Shown here piece by piece: positions 37,085-49,194 of a DNA stretch of 64,000 bases. Source of the stretch: Eledone cirrhosa (lineage: Eukaryota); assembly GCA_964016885.1 (NCBI GenBank), contig OZ024743.1, positions 155,372,001 through 155,436,000 on the forward strand, read 5' to 3'. Under the pieces are notes generated by a model that did no database searches, was not told the origin of the DNA, and saw only the letters and a list, made by a program, of their open reading frames with translations. How positions within the stretch are numbered: the stretch's first letter is position 1; each line of letters opens with the position of its first letter. Made by a program: the position numbers and the translations under genes.

Positions 37085-39759
37085 AATGTGGTAAGGAACC
37101 AGATGGACGATAATGTACCAAAGTACTCAATACTTAGGGTAGTAGAGTGGGTAATAGGAACGAGTAGGACCCCGACGGCTGAGCTAAAGCCGTTTCGACG
37201 GCTAATTCTGGACTAAATGAACATTTTTATCCCCGTACATGAATAGCCGAAATTCTCAGGGGTTAATTCCATATTCGGTAAAAGTGATTGTCACAAGGAT
37301 TGGTCAAAATTTGTTGTTGAGACACAGAATTCTATCATGGCATTTTGTGGAAGGAAGGGTAGCTGAACTTGCCAGTAGAAGAAAGAGGGAGAGGGAGTGG
37401 AGGAAACCCAGTCGTGCGTTGATAGTGCCAACTACAGCAGGATCCTAAGGATAAGAGGTCAAGAAAGTATACTACGGAGGGGGAAGGGGAAGGAAGTCGA
37501 AACAATAAGTAAATCAAAATGGAGTATAGAAGAATAATAAGAATGTTAAAAATATTTTTTTTAAATTTCTGGTTACTATTCCCTTACCACAATCATCAAG
37601 TCTCTCACTGGTACTGCCAAACTATAGAAAAGTTTAATAGGTGGGACGGAATACGAAATACGAGATTGTAGTGAAAGAATTCTATGAGTTAGTAGTAATC
37701 GTCCTAATCTATCTTATAGTGACAGGTCAACAAGTAGGGGGCCAAAATACTAAAGAAACTACTACGAAATAATAATTCAGAATCCCGAAAATGAATACTA
37801 ATATGATATATAAGGGTGCCGCTACGTACATAACTTCTAATACAAACTCCATAAATGCTCGTACGATATATATGAAAATTTGATACGAAAAATTAATTCA
37901 GAAATAAATAAAACATAAATAAATACTGATATACGAGAAACTAAACCGGAGATACTAAAAAGAAATCTAGAAAGCACGGAAATTGGGCAGCAATCGGATA
38001 AGAAAGCAAGTATCTGGGGTCTATCACATCTGCTATAAAAAGCGGAGTCCGCTAATTCTATCATAGAATAGGGGATGGGGTGGGGATACTGAGGCTACAA
38101 AGGACCGAAGGGCTGCCGCGGGGTGGGCGAGAAAGTGAAAAGGACGACGAAAAATAAGGAGAACTGGGTGGAAGGACTAGGAAGGAATGGGGGATGATGG
38201 AAATATAGAGGAAACGATAAAAAATATATTAGAAAATCTTACGTCTACCTTTGCAAGCAGGGATTACCCATTACAAAGCCGGCAAGGCGTTGTTACAGCC
38301 CTTGTCTACCCTCCGGGTCATTATGGGCTTTAAGGGCGAGGTAAGTCCTACGCAATCTGTGTTTGCATGCAGTTACCAGTTCGTTTTTCTTGTTTAGGAG
38401 TTGGTGCGTTGAAAACAGAATTTGTAATGTTTCCTCCGAGTATAAATTACACGGACGGCGTCCTCCCTTGTAAGAGTTGGCTCTGAACAGTAAGCTCCAA
38501 GTGAGATCATAGGTTATATTGTTATCTTTGAGGCCCCAGATGTGGGCCGAAAGTGTGGTGGTGAGACGCCGGGCCGGGTTTCGGAAAGTATGTCTGGGTT
38601 AGTATAGCTGGATCTTGATGTCACAAGCGGTTAATCCTATATAAACTTTGTTGGAGGTGTCCGTCCTCACGTTGCACTGGTAGATCACATTACGATCGCT
38701 GCATCTGTTGTCGAGGGGACATATGGGACCTCAAATTTAACAATATAATCACAATATGATCTCACTTGGAACTTACTGTCATGAGCCAACTCTTACACGG
38801 GAGGACGCCGTCCGTGTTGTAATATATGCTCGGAGGAAACATTACAAATGCTGTTTTCGACGGACCAACACCTAAACAAGAAAGACGAACTGCTAACTGC
38901 ATGCAAACACAGATGGCGTAGGACTTACCTCGCCCTCAAACCCCGTAATGACCCAGGGGGGTAGACAAGGGCTGGTGGGGGTGGGGGTTCTGAATTAACT
39001 TTTCGTATCAAATTTTCATATATATCGTACGAGCATTTATGTAGTTTGTATTAGAATTTATGTATCGTAGCGGCACCCTTATATATCATATTAGTATTCA
39101 TTTTCGGGATTCTGAATTATTATTTCGTATTCGTTTCGGGACTCTGAATTATTATTTCGTAGTAGTTTCTTTAGTATTTTGGCCGCCTACTTGTTGACCT
39201 GTCACTGTAAGATAGATTTGGACGATTACTACTAACTCATATAATTCTTTCACTACAATCTCGTATTTAGTATTCCGCCCCACCTATTAAACTTCTCTTT
39301 AGTTTAGCAGTAACAGTGAGGGACTTGGTGATTGTGGTAAGGGAATAGTAACCAGAAATGTTTTTTTAATATTTGTAACATTCTTGTTATTCTTCTATAT
39401 ATTTACACCATATTGATTTACTTATTGTTTCGACTTCCTTCTCCTCCGTAGTATACTTTCTTGACCCCTTACCCTTAGGATCCTGCTATAGTTGGCACTA
39501 TCAACGCACGACTGAGTTTCCTCCACTCCCTCTTTCTTCTATGGCAAGTTCAGCTACCCCTTCCTTCCACAAAATGCCATGATAGAATTATGTGTCTCAA
39601 CAACAAACTTTTGACCAATCCTTGTGACAATCACTTTTACCATATATGGAATTACCCCCTGAGAAGCTCGGCTATTCATGTACCAGGATAACAATTTTCA
39701 TTTAGTCAAGAATTAGACGTCTAAACGGCTTGAGCTCAGCCGTCGGGGTCCTACTCGTT

Positions 39760-39762
<3 letters not shown>
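37085..39762. mobile_element. Back-to-back inverted pair of 5'-truncated Hydra-type PLE copies
   Basis: Minus strand 38730->38325 encodes CPLDNRC..RNVIYQCNV..KVYIGLT..TTLSAHIWGLK..W..CNL.SEE..LNKKNELVTACKH (GIY-YIG). The + strand repeats it from 38729. pLTRs 37150-37905 (-) and 38990-39762 (+) are reverse complements. Confidence 0.85.
37169..37263 (-). ncRNA. Type-I HHR-like motif with 6-bp stem III and CUGAGAA core
   Basis: Minus strand: ACCC-CUGAGAA-UUU-CGGCUA..UAGCCG-UC-GAAACGGCU-(7 nt)-AGCCGUC-GGGGU. Confidence 0.65.
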
Positions 39763-39794
<32 letters not shown>

Positions 39795-39797
<3 letters not shown>

Positions 39798-40947
39798 GTA
39801 TAGGATTATCCAAGATGTAGTGATGGTTAATTACTACACTGGATATGGTTGACGTACGGTAAGAGGTTACTCTACGAGTTATGGAAGAATTGTTCAAGAA
39901 ACTTAGTTCCTGATCCTTCAGTATTCCGGAGTGTATATAAAGAATGAATAATAACAGGTAGACATCATAAAAAGGTAATTTATTCCGTGTGCTTACAAGT
40001 GTTTCCACGGTGGTACTGCAGCCTAGTTCCGCTAAGTGCAAATTCACAAGTATTTGCAGAACTCGAATATCCAATGCTGTGACCACTGTTGAACACAACC
40101 AACAGTTCACCTTAAAATGGGATATACTTTCCAGCGCAAATGCATATCGGAGTGGATTGAAGTACTGCAGGTTATGTAACCTTGAGCTATTTTACATATT
40201 AAAATCCCCAAACAAACTACTTAACGATAGAATTGAACGATCATTATACTGCAACCACAAACTAAAAGCTAAATTCTCTCACTATAAAATAACTTAACAT
40301 TCGAACCCGTAACTACAACACCACTTTCTAACTAACAACCTTCTCTTCCCCCCACACTACAAGACAATACACTGCTTATCACTATACATGGTAACTCAGT
40401 ACAATTCCTAGATTACTACTACAAAACCAAAAGTTCACTCACCACACATACTTTATCTGTCCCCTCTCTACCTATATATCTCTCTCTACATCCATTACAC
40501 TCTCTCTCTCTCACCTTTGACCTACCTCCCTCTCAACATCTATGAACCTGCCCTCTGGGGCAATAAATAATTCCGATCTCAACTATCTACGCATCTCTCC
40601 AAAATTAACCAATAAAACCCCTACCATAACATTTTGATTAAGATATCTACAAGCCACTCTCTCCTACTTCTCCAACCTCTGCATATCTTTCCTTCTCTCT
40701 CCTTCTTCCCTACTTTTCTCTCTTCCTGTTCCACTCTATCTTCCCCAACAACCCCACTTAAGGGTTTTTACATTGTACATTTACCATTCTGCTCTGAGGA
40801 AACAGTGGTCACAGCATTGGATATTCGAGTTCTGCAAATACTTGTGAATTTGCACGTAGGGAACTAGGCTGCAGTACCACCGTGGAAACACTTGTAAGCA
40901 CACGGAATAAATTACCTTTTTATGATGTCTACCTGTTATTATTCATT

Positions 40948-40950
<3 letters not shown>
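39795..40950 (+). mobile_element. 5'-truncated Hydra-type PLE with inverted partial pLTR
   Basis: 40092-40297 encodes KWDIL..ANAY..CRLCNLELFYI..LLNDRIERSLYCNH. 39935-40090 is the reverse complement of 40801-40955. (TA)n on both sides. Confidence 0.85.
40790..40900 (+). ncRNA. Type-I HHR motif with 84-nt stem II domain
   Basis: UGCU-CUGAGGA-[ACAGUGGU...ACCACCGU]-GAAAC-ACUU-GUA-AGCA. Confidence 0.75.
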
Positions 40951-40988
<38 letters not shown>

Positions 40989-40989
<1 letters not shown>

Positions 40990-41590
40990 TTATGCTTGGG
41001 GAGGGTCATGTTGCCAATAAGTAACACACGCACCAGTTGCTTTCACTCCAATTTATTATAAATTAAATTTATAAATTTAAGAATTTATAATTTTCTGGTT
41101 GGTTGGGTGGTTCCACAACCAGCGATTGTTCATATATTGTCAAAGTTCTTTCGTGCCCTCTTCAGTGACTGGGGATTATTTTCTTTGTATTTGTGCCTCT
41201 CCTTTGTTCTGTCCTAAGCCATCTTGTTTTTTGTGTGTGTGGTGTGTTTAGTTTGCGCACGTGTTACATCCGGGTGTGGGTGTATGTTTATATTTGTTTA
41301 TTTTTTGATTATTTACATATTACAAGAACAAAGAAAATAATCCCCATTCACTGAAGGCGTCACATAATGTGTGACGAAATAACTTTGACAATATATGAAC
41401 AATCGTCTGGTTGTGGAACCAACCAACCAACCAACCAGAAATTTATATATTTAATTTATAATAAATTGGTGTGAAAGCAACTGGTGCGTGTGTTTCTTAT
41501 TGGCAACATGACCCTCCCAAATAATAACAATATCCATTTCAACACACTTTTACAGATAAAGAATCTTGCTAAACAAATTCAGAAACGAAA
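40989..41590. mobile_element. ORF-less inverted pLTR cassette with compact HHR motifs
   Basis: Arms 40989-41194 and 41321-41529 are reverse complements. Minus arm: GUCA-CUGAAGA..GAAAG-AA-CUU-UGAC. Plus arm has stem II GUCAC/GUGAC. In (TA)n. Confidence 0.7.
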
Positions 41591-41974
41591 TATATATATA
41601 TATATATTGTATATACTGTATATATAAGAAGAAATTGGTAGTTTACTTGAAGCATTTGTAGTGAGGTATAAACGTTTGAAGTTAGAAGGCCAGAACTATG
41701 CAGGTATGGGTATAGAATATAAATAAAATGGAAAAGATAACGCTGACATATATATATATATATATATAAATTATTGTTATAGGTAATCCAGTTATAGTTT
41801 GTGAGTACTCCGTATTGTGGATAGTTTTAACGTACGGTATTGTTTGACTCAACAAGAGGCATCCTTAGTTAGGTGGCGAGTTCTCGGGAATTCCTGTGCA
41901 GGTTAATCTTGGAGTAATTATAGTGAAAGAGGGAGGAATAACATGGTCAACAGTACAAAAAGGGTTTTATTTAC

Positions 41975-42084
41975 AATATTAACAATTATTTCATTCATTA
42001 GGTTGTCTAAAAATTGCTAATCTCTTGAAGTTGTTCCTCTCAATTTTAAATACAATGTATACCTAATCAAATCATCGGAATAAA
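41975..42084 (-). ncRNA. Second CCGAUGA-core HHR-like motif
   Basis: Minus strand: UAUU-CCGAUGA-UUUGAUUAGGU...ACCUAAUGAAU-GAAAU-AAUU-GUU-AAUA. Confidence 0.65.
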
Positions 42085-44109
42085 TTAAATTTATACCCGG
42101 TGTTTGTAATATACTAAAAAAATTCAAATCACAACATCAGTAATAAAGAGAGAAAAAGAAAAGTTAGAATGAATATTATAAAAAATAAGTAAAAAAGTAT
42201 ATGTGTGAAAAAAATTGAACATAATATGTTTGTTGAAAATAGCTGTGGTTGTGGTGGTAGTTAAAGTATAAAGATGTGATGGTATAAATATGAAAATATT
42301 AAATATATACATATATGTATTGGTTAAATTACAGAGGGTTATATTATGAAGAAATAATACAGTGATACATAAAGGATAAGTTAATAAATTGGAAGTTATG
42401 TGAGAGGTGAAGAGAACATGATAGAATATAATGGAAGGGGTGAAATAGTTTTAGGGAAAGAGAGTGTACGAAAGAAAGGTTAGGAGGTTATGATGTTGAT
42501 TCAATGATTAGTTGATCTATTGACAGTTAATAATAATGGGTTATTATAATAGACTGTAGGTGGTTCAGTTTGAATTATGGGATTGTTGGATCGAATCATG
42601 TTGGTTTGAAATTTGCGAATGTAGTAGCTGCTTCATGCCTACAGAAAATTGATCGTTCTATTTTGCTGTTAAGCAGCATTTTCCCATACTTTAAAATATG
42701 GAGCAACTCCATATTGCAAAGTCCTTAGTGGGACATTCCATTTCTGTAGGACTTTGCCCACCACAATTTCGACCAGCTAATCCCGTATACTTGGTTTGTA
42801 TCGTTAAGATGCCAGATTTTATTGGCGAGCGTTGTTGTATTCATTAGTCTACTGTTCTTTATAGAAAGTCTGTGAGCGTACCATCTTTTTTTGAACTCCC
42901 CAGCCGTAGAACATATGTAGTGCCATGCTATGTTGCCCGAATTTATAGTACACAGGTACACTATATTTGACTCCAGGCATCTATTTTGTAGTGGGCATTT
43001 ATCCGGTAAGGGACAGTTACATTTTGAGGCCTTCCTGTGTGCCGGCTTTTCGATGCGGTTTTGTATGTTGTTATGTATGGGTTGAGATTTGGGTTTGTTG
43101 ATGTTTTATTGTGATGCGTTCTGACGTGTGTGTGGTTGCGATGCTGTTATGTGTTTGTGTTTTGTATTTGGTGTTATGGTGTTTATTTGTAGGTTATTTT
43201 CATTAGATATTCTTCTATAGTTAATTTTATAATTGTGTGCTTGTATGTTGGCTGCAGTAGAGTAAGACAGTTTGATAGTTTTTGTAGAAAAGAGTTTATG
43301 GTATTTGTGAAGTTTAGGGAAGTGCTTGCCAATTAGTTTAAATAATGTAGAAGGTAGTTTGGTTTGTATAGAGGAGTTAAATATTGGATTGAACCATAGG
43401 TATTTCCTATCTCTGGATTTTCTATAGTTCCTAGAGGTACTTATATTAGTATTCGGTTCAGTTATTTCTGGTGCTCGTTGTTTATTTCTATGTTTAGTCC
43501 TATATTTGCTATTTCTATAGGTGTGGGTGGTATTAATGTTGTTGTTTGTATATGGTATGTATTTGAGCCTCTCCTTGTGGCCTGCCTTAAGTAAAGCTAT
43601 GTTGTAGTAGTTTGCGTTTCCATTTGAAATCTCTAGGTTAGAAGATAAGCGTGAAATTTTAAGGGATAAACTATGTGCTATGGAGTTAATTATGGAGCGA
43701 GGGAAGTTTGAGTTATAACTAATATAGGCTAAATTGTTGTTATTTTTATGGAAGGGCTCTATTAGTCCTATGTTTAGGTTGAGTGATACATCTAAGAAGT
43801 TAGCGTTTTAGAATTAAATTCGAAAGTGTTGCCTAGGCCTAGTTTATAGAAGAATATTCTAATCGTTTTACGTAATCTTTCCAAGTTTTACTTATTTAAG
43901 TTTTTATCTAAAAGGAGTGTATCGTCTCTATAAATTCCTCCTTGGACGTTATTAAATTAATTATGTAAGATATGTGCTATATATATTCCAACTATGTCTG
44001 TTACTTGAGTTGAGTCGTTAGATACCATAGTGATATCAAAGCTATTCTGTCTGTTTTCCTCTTTCCCAGTAACTATTATCGAACCTAATGATAATTCTCC
44101 TAGCAGCTA

Positions 44110-44299
44110 GGTGGATTGGCAGTATCGGTAGAGGGTCGGACGCCATGCTTTGACGCATAGAGTTACGGCCCTTGGTATTCTGAGTTCAAATCCCGCCGAG
44201 GTTAACTTTGCCTTTCATCCTTACGGGGTCGATAAAATAAAGTATCAGTAATGCACTGGGGTAATAGCTGACCTTGTGCCAAAAGTAGAAACAATTATT
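44110..44299 (+). mobile_element. SINE inside PLE RT region
   Basis: Full SINE consensus with A and B boxes. Confidence 0.92.
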
Positions 44300-45383
44300 C
44301 TAATTTCATCTGAGGATAGGTCCGAGTGTTTCTGTGTAAAGTTTAGTGGCTTATTTAGGGTGACCGGCGAATTGGAGGAATAGTAGTAATTGATGTCCAA
44401 GTGTATGAAGTCGGATGTTTTCTTATTGTCTATTTTGCTAAACCGATCTATTGCTTCCTTAGTGTTATACCAAAGTTTAATTATTATTTTGTCTTTAATT
44501 TGTGCTATTATTCTATCTAGTGTATACTTGCTAATTCTACCTGTAGCCGATTTCGATGGGCTTGTTAATCTAATGGTAGGGTCAGTTTCGAAGTTATATT
44601 TATGATCTTTCAGTTTAAATGTGGGTTTACAAGGGGTCAGAGGCTCAGTTCTATTAGATATTTTCAGTTTTTTACTATGTTAATTACTTACTTATTAATG
44701 TAGGTGAGTGTAGATTCCGTACTTTTCTTGTACTTTTTGTGTAATTCACGGGGTATAAAGTTATTGTGTGTATTACTGCTCATGGTGTATAGATTTGAGG
44801 TTTTGTCCGCTTTTACTATAATACCGTTATTATTACGTAGTTTTATTAGTAGTGCATTGATGTCGTTTTGCAGATGTTGTAATATGTCGGTTTTTTTAAT
44901 TTGGTTCCGTTTATCGTGTTCATAAGGTCTTGTTCGAAGGCATCAAGTTGGGGTTATTCGGTTGATTTTTGTAGGATTTGAACCCGTATTTTTACTAGTA
45001 AATTCCTCATGTTTATTATTAGTATGTCTTTTATCGTTATGATATGTTTTCCATCGGAATCGATGGATAAAGTCGTTAGTACGTATATATATATATCGTT
45101 AGTATATATATATATAAAGGCTGTCCGTGGTAAGTTTTCACCCGCACATATGTATAATATGCATTATAATAGGTCGTCTTATACCATATAATAATATATC
45201 GAATCTAATGACAAATCTATGTTCACTGGCCTATATTCGAGGATAGAGATGTCTGCCTATATTGTTGGATTATGTTGATATAAATGTGTATTTTTGTCCA
45301 TATATGTATTTGTATATATGTGTGTATATGTATGTGATGTGTATATATGTCTGTAAATATTTGTATTTGTATTTATATTTATT

Positions 45384-45422
<39 letters not shown>

Positions 45423-45426
45423 ACAA

Positions 45427-45500
<74 letters not shown>

Positions 45501-45615
45501 GTGTGTGCGTGTGCGTGAGTGTGTCTTATGGTAGCTATGATGCCTCCATAGGCGATATGCCGATTGAGCACTCTATGTTCTTACAGAGTAGAGTGTGATA
45601 TAATGCAAAACGAAA

Positions 45616-45896
45616 AATCAGTGATGCATCTAAACTCAATTTATTGTGTGATACAATTATTTCGCCGGCTGACAGTTCGCGACTCGATCATTGTGTGGAC
45701 CTGTCTAATTCTGGATCTGCAAGTTTGTCGGACCCTTCTAATAATTTCGAATCAAATTTGATCCGAAATTATTAGAAGTGTCCGCGAACCTGCAGATCCA
45801 GAATCAGACTGATCCACATAATGATCATGTCTCGAGCTGTCTGTCGGCGAAACAACTGTAACACACAATAAATTGAGGTCAAATGCATCACTGATT
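45616..45896. repeat. Spacer-less imperfect palindrome (~140-bp arms) with decayed HHR-like motif
   Basis: Centre atcaaatttgat at ~45757. + arm: GUGU-CCGCGAA...GAAAC-AACU-GUA-ACAC. Confidence 0.75.
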
Positions 45897-45908
45897 CTTA
45901 GTGTTATG

Positions 45909-45980
<72 letters not shown>

Positions 45981-45981
<1 letters not shown>

Positions 45982-46679
45982 GAGAATTAGTACATCTACC
46001 AACATATGTGTACAGATGTACACTCATGCTAGCAAATATATAAGTTATGTCTTAGTACCTATGTGGTTCTATGCAGGTGAATGCAGAACAATTATATGAA
46101 AGGCGTAAAGTAAAAAAAAATTTAAAATTAAAAATCAACTTACTAAAATGTTCACTCCAACTGTAATGGGATAAATATAGTTACATAATATATATAAATA
46201 TAGAGAATTCATTACGTCATCAGGGAGTCTATTCTCAGCTAAGTTCCCAGGAAATGCGCAGACACTAGGAACCCATATAAAAATAATAATTCAGTAGATG
46301 GAAAGAAGCTAGCGTGGACTAAATTCCGGAGCACTGAAAAAGTTTCACTGACTCTGGTCAGTGGCAGATTCTAAAGAATCAATCACGTGACACCGAGGTT
46401 AATCAGTTAGGAGCGGGGTGGTATTATGACAAGAGCCTACTACTACCATGAAACAGCAGTAAATGTTGGCCAGTTTTCCTCAACAAATAATTTGGAGATA
46501 AAATAGAGAATTAGTACATCTACCAACATATGTGTACAGATGTACACTCATGCTAGCACATATATAAGTTATGTCTTAGTACCTATGTGGTTCTATGCAG
46601 GTGAATGCAGAACAATTATATGAAAGAAGCAAAATAAGAAAATTTTAAAAATTAAAAATCAACTTACTTACTAAAATGT
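45981..46679 (-). mobile_element. Second locus of the ORF-less HHR tandem element (~524-bp period, ~1.3 units)
   Basis: agagaattagtacatctacc at ~45981 and ~46505; homologous to 35410-36266; CUGAUGA core at 46217-46223 (-). Confidence 0.8.
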
Positions 46680-46903
46680 AAGTTTAAGCAAAGAATCGCT
46701 GCTTTCACCCTTACTTAGTTTCAGAAGATCCCGTTAAGGGTGAAAGCAGGTGATATATATGTGATATATGTTACTGTTTTCTGATAATAAATAATATATG
46801 AGTATGGACTATCACCGAAAATACATGTAATATAGATTAGTATATCCCTATGCTACTATATGTTTTCTTCAATACCAGTGTGTTTAATACCACTATTATC
46901 AAT

Positions 46904-47585
46904 GTAGATTGGCAGTATCAATAGAGGGTCGGACACCATGCTTTGCAGGAAAGAGTTACGGCCATTTATGGTCTGAGTTCAAAACCCCGCCAAAGTTAAC
47001 TTTGCCTTTCATCCTTACAAGATCGATAAAATTAAGTACCAGTAATACACTGGATAATTGCTGGCCTTGTGCCAAAAGTAGAAACAGTTATTATCAATAT
47101 AACTGTTATAATTATCTTTATCTATATCATTAGTCAGGCTGTGATAATTGCTGGTCTTGTGCCAAATGTATAAACAGTTATTATAACACATATGCCTCAT
47201 AGAAGGACCTATATATAGATGTAATATTCTATTCTATATATATTCTCTTATAAACTTTATATTTTCCTAAATTCTTTTATAATTTTATATGTTCATATAT
47301 TAATATTTTCTTATATTATAAAGTACCAGTAATGCACTGGTTAATTGCTGGCCTTGTGCCTAACGTAGAAACAATTATTTTATATATATATTACGGTGGA
47401 TTGGCAGTATCGGTAGAGGGTCGGACGCCATGCTTTGACGCATAGAATTGCGGCCCTTGCCATTCTGAGTTCAAATCTCGCCGAGGTTAACTTTGCCTTT
47501 CATCCTTATGGGGTCGATAAAATAAAGTACCAGTAATACACTGGGTAATTGCTGGCCTTGTGCCAAAAAGGTAGAAACAATTATT
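46904..47585 (+). mobile_element. SINE cluster (two copies plus isolated tails)
   Basis: Copies 46904-47093 and 47395-47585; tails at ~47143-47183 and ~47320-47378. Confidence 0.88.
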
Positions 47586-48052
47586 TTATATATATTCCTT
47601 ATATATTTCCTATATTTTGTTATAATTCTTATATTAATATTGTCTATATTTTCTTTACATTTTCTTCCCTTAAAGTTTTGCCTATCACTGTCCACCCTAT
47701 ACACTATATTACTTTAATTTATAGGTACGTATATACGTATGTGTGTACAGAGCTATATATGGACGTATCTATCTATGTATACGCATGTGTGTGCGCGTGT
47801 TTGGGTATATACAGATGGTGTATATATAATGTTCAAATATTATGTAGTATGGGCTCAACATCACCAATGCTGGATCCAAAATTCTTTTTGCTGATGTTAT
47901 TTTCGATGTTTCAAAAAATATATCTACTTCTCTGTACTCATAGAAATAAGTGTAAATATATACTTATATATATGAAGGAATGTATATATCGGTATGTGTA
48001 TGAATGTAAACATGTACATATGTGTGTGTCTATGTGGGTTATGTATCAGTAC

Positions 48053-48098
<46 letters not shown>

Positions 48099-48302
48099 AT
48101 GTGTGTGTGTGTGTGTGTGTATGTGTGTGTGTGCGTGTAATGACTCTATTTACATTATATTCTAACACGTCTATCATAGTCGTTTATAGTGTAAACATAT
48201 CTTTCATTGCTTTTATTGTTGGTACGGTTGACGTAATTAGAGGCTGCACATAGATCATAATACTAATACAAAAAGTCTAACTGCCTACATCATCAGATAT
48301 AA

Positions 48303-48485
48303 CTGTTTCTACTTTTGGAACAAGGCCAGCAATTATCCCAGTGCATTACTGCTATTTTATTTTATCGACCCCGTAAGGATGAAAGGCAAAGTTAACCTAG
48401 GCGGGATTTGAACACAGAATGGCAAGGGCCGTAACTTTATGCATCAAAGCATGGCGTCCAACACTCTAGCGATACTGCCAATTCA
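48303..48485 (-). mobile_element. SINE
   Basis: Reverse complement of the SINE consensus. Confidence 0.9.
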
Positions 48486-48813
48486 ATAACGACGCCTGTC
48501 CGTAAATGAAAAAAAAAACTAAAGAATGCGGAGGATCCGATAGACCACATGCAGAGGGTAGACAAAGCCCAGTTACAAACTAGAATAACCAGTCAGAGAC
48601 TAATACATAAACTACTAAATTTTAACATAGGGAACATCTATTTGGCGTTCAACTTCACCACAGGATGAATGTGCTTGGCCAACGGTATATCACAATGATT
48701 GCATAACTGCACCAATCACTGAGCAAGAATCTGACGAAGTCGCATTAATAAAAATGTAAGAGAAATATATATAATGCAATAAAGAATGATGGTTATTTAA
48801 CTCCGTCTTGACT

Positions 48814-49178
48814 CGGTAGGGGGTCGGGCGCCATGCTTTGACGCATAGAGTTAAGGCCCTTGCCATTCTGAGTTCAAATCCCGCCGAGGTTAACTTTGCC
48901 TTTCATCCTTACGGGGTCGATAAAATAAAGTACCAGTAATGCACTGGATAATTTCCTGGCCTTGTGCCAAAAGTAGAAACAATTATTTGGTGCATTGGCA
49001 GTATCGGTAGAGAGTCGGACACCATGCTTTGAAGCAATGAGTTGCGTCCCTTTATGATCTGAGTTCAAATCCCGCCGAGGTTAAGTTTGCCTTTCATCCT
49101 TACGGGGTCGATAAAATAAAGTACCAGTAATGTACTGTTTAATTGCTGGCTGTGTACCTAAAAATAGAAACAATTATT
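48814..49178 (+). mobile_element. Two tandem SINE copies
   Basis: 48814-48987 and 48989-49178 each match the consensus. Confidence 0.9.
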
Positions 49179-49194
49179 TGATATATATACATAT

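Larger units (their letters stand above)
41770..45010 (-). mobile_element. Near full-length decayed Hydra-type PLE
   Basis: Minus-strand remnants: YGFKS, VKADKTSNLY, LKDHKYNF..P.IRL..PSKS..GRISK, FDITM, GGIYRDD, FLDVSLNL, RKYLWFNP, LSYST, CNCP.PDKCPL, YICSTAGEFKKRWYAH, TTLANKIW, GLCNME. 3' pLTR with HHR. Confidence 0.88.

Noticed and set aside
37185-37210. gccg-tttcga-cggctaa resembling HDV P4 plus J4/2 on the + strand
   Set aside because: No upstream P1-P3; better explained as the antisense of the hammerhead-like fold.
46904-49178. Recurrent SINE tails resembling CRISPR repeats or tRNA genes
   Set aside because: Irregular spacing, eukaryotic context, no cas genes; A/B boxes without a cloverleaf indicate SINE heads.
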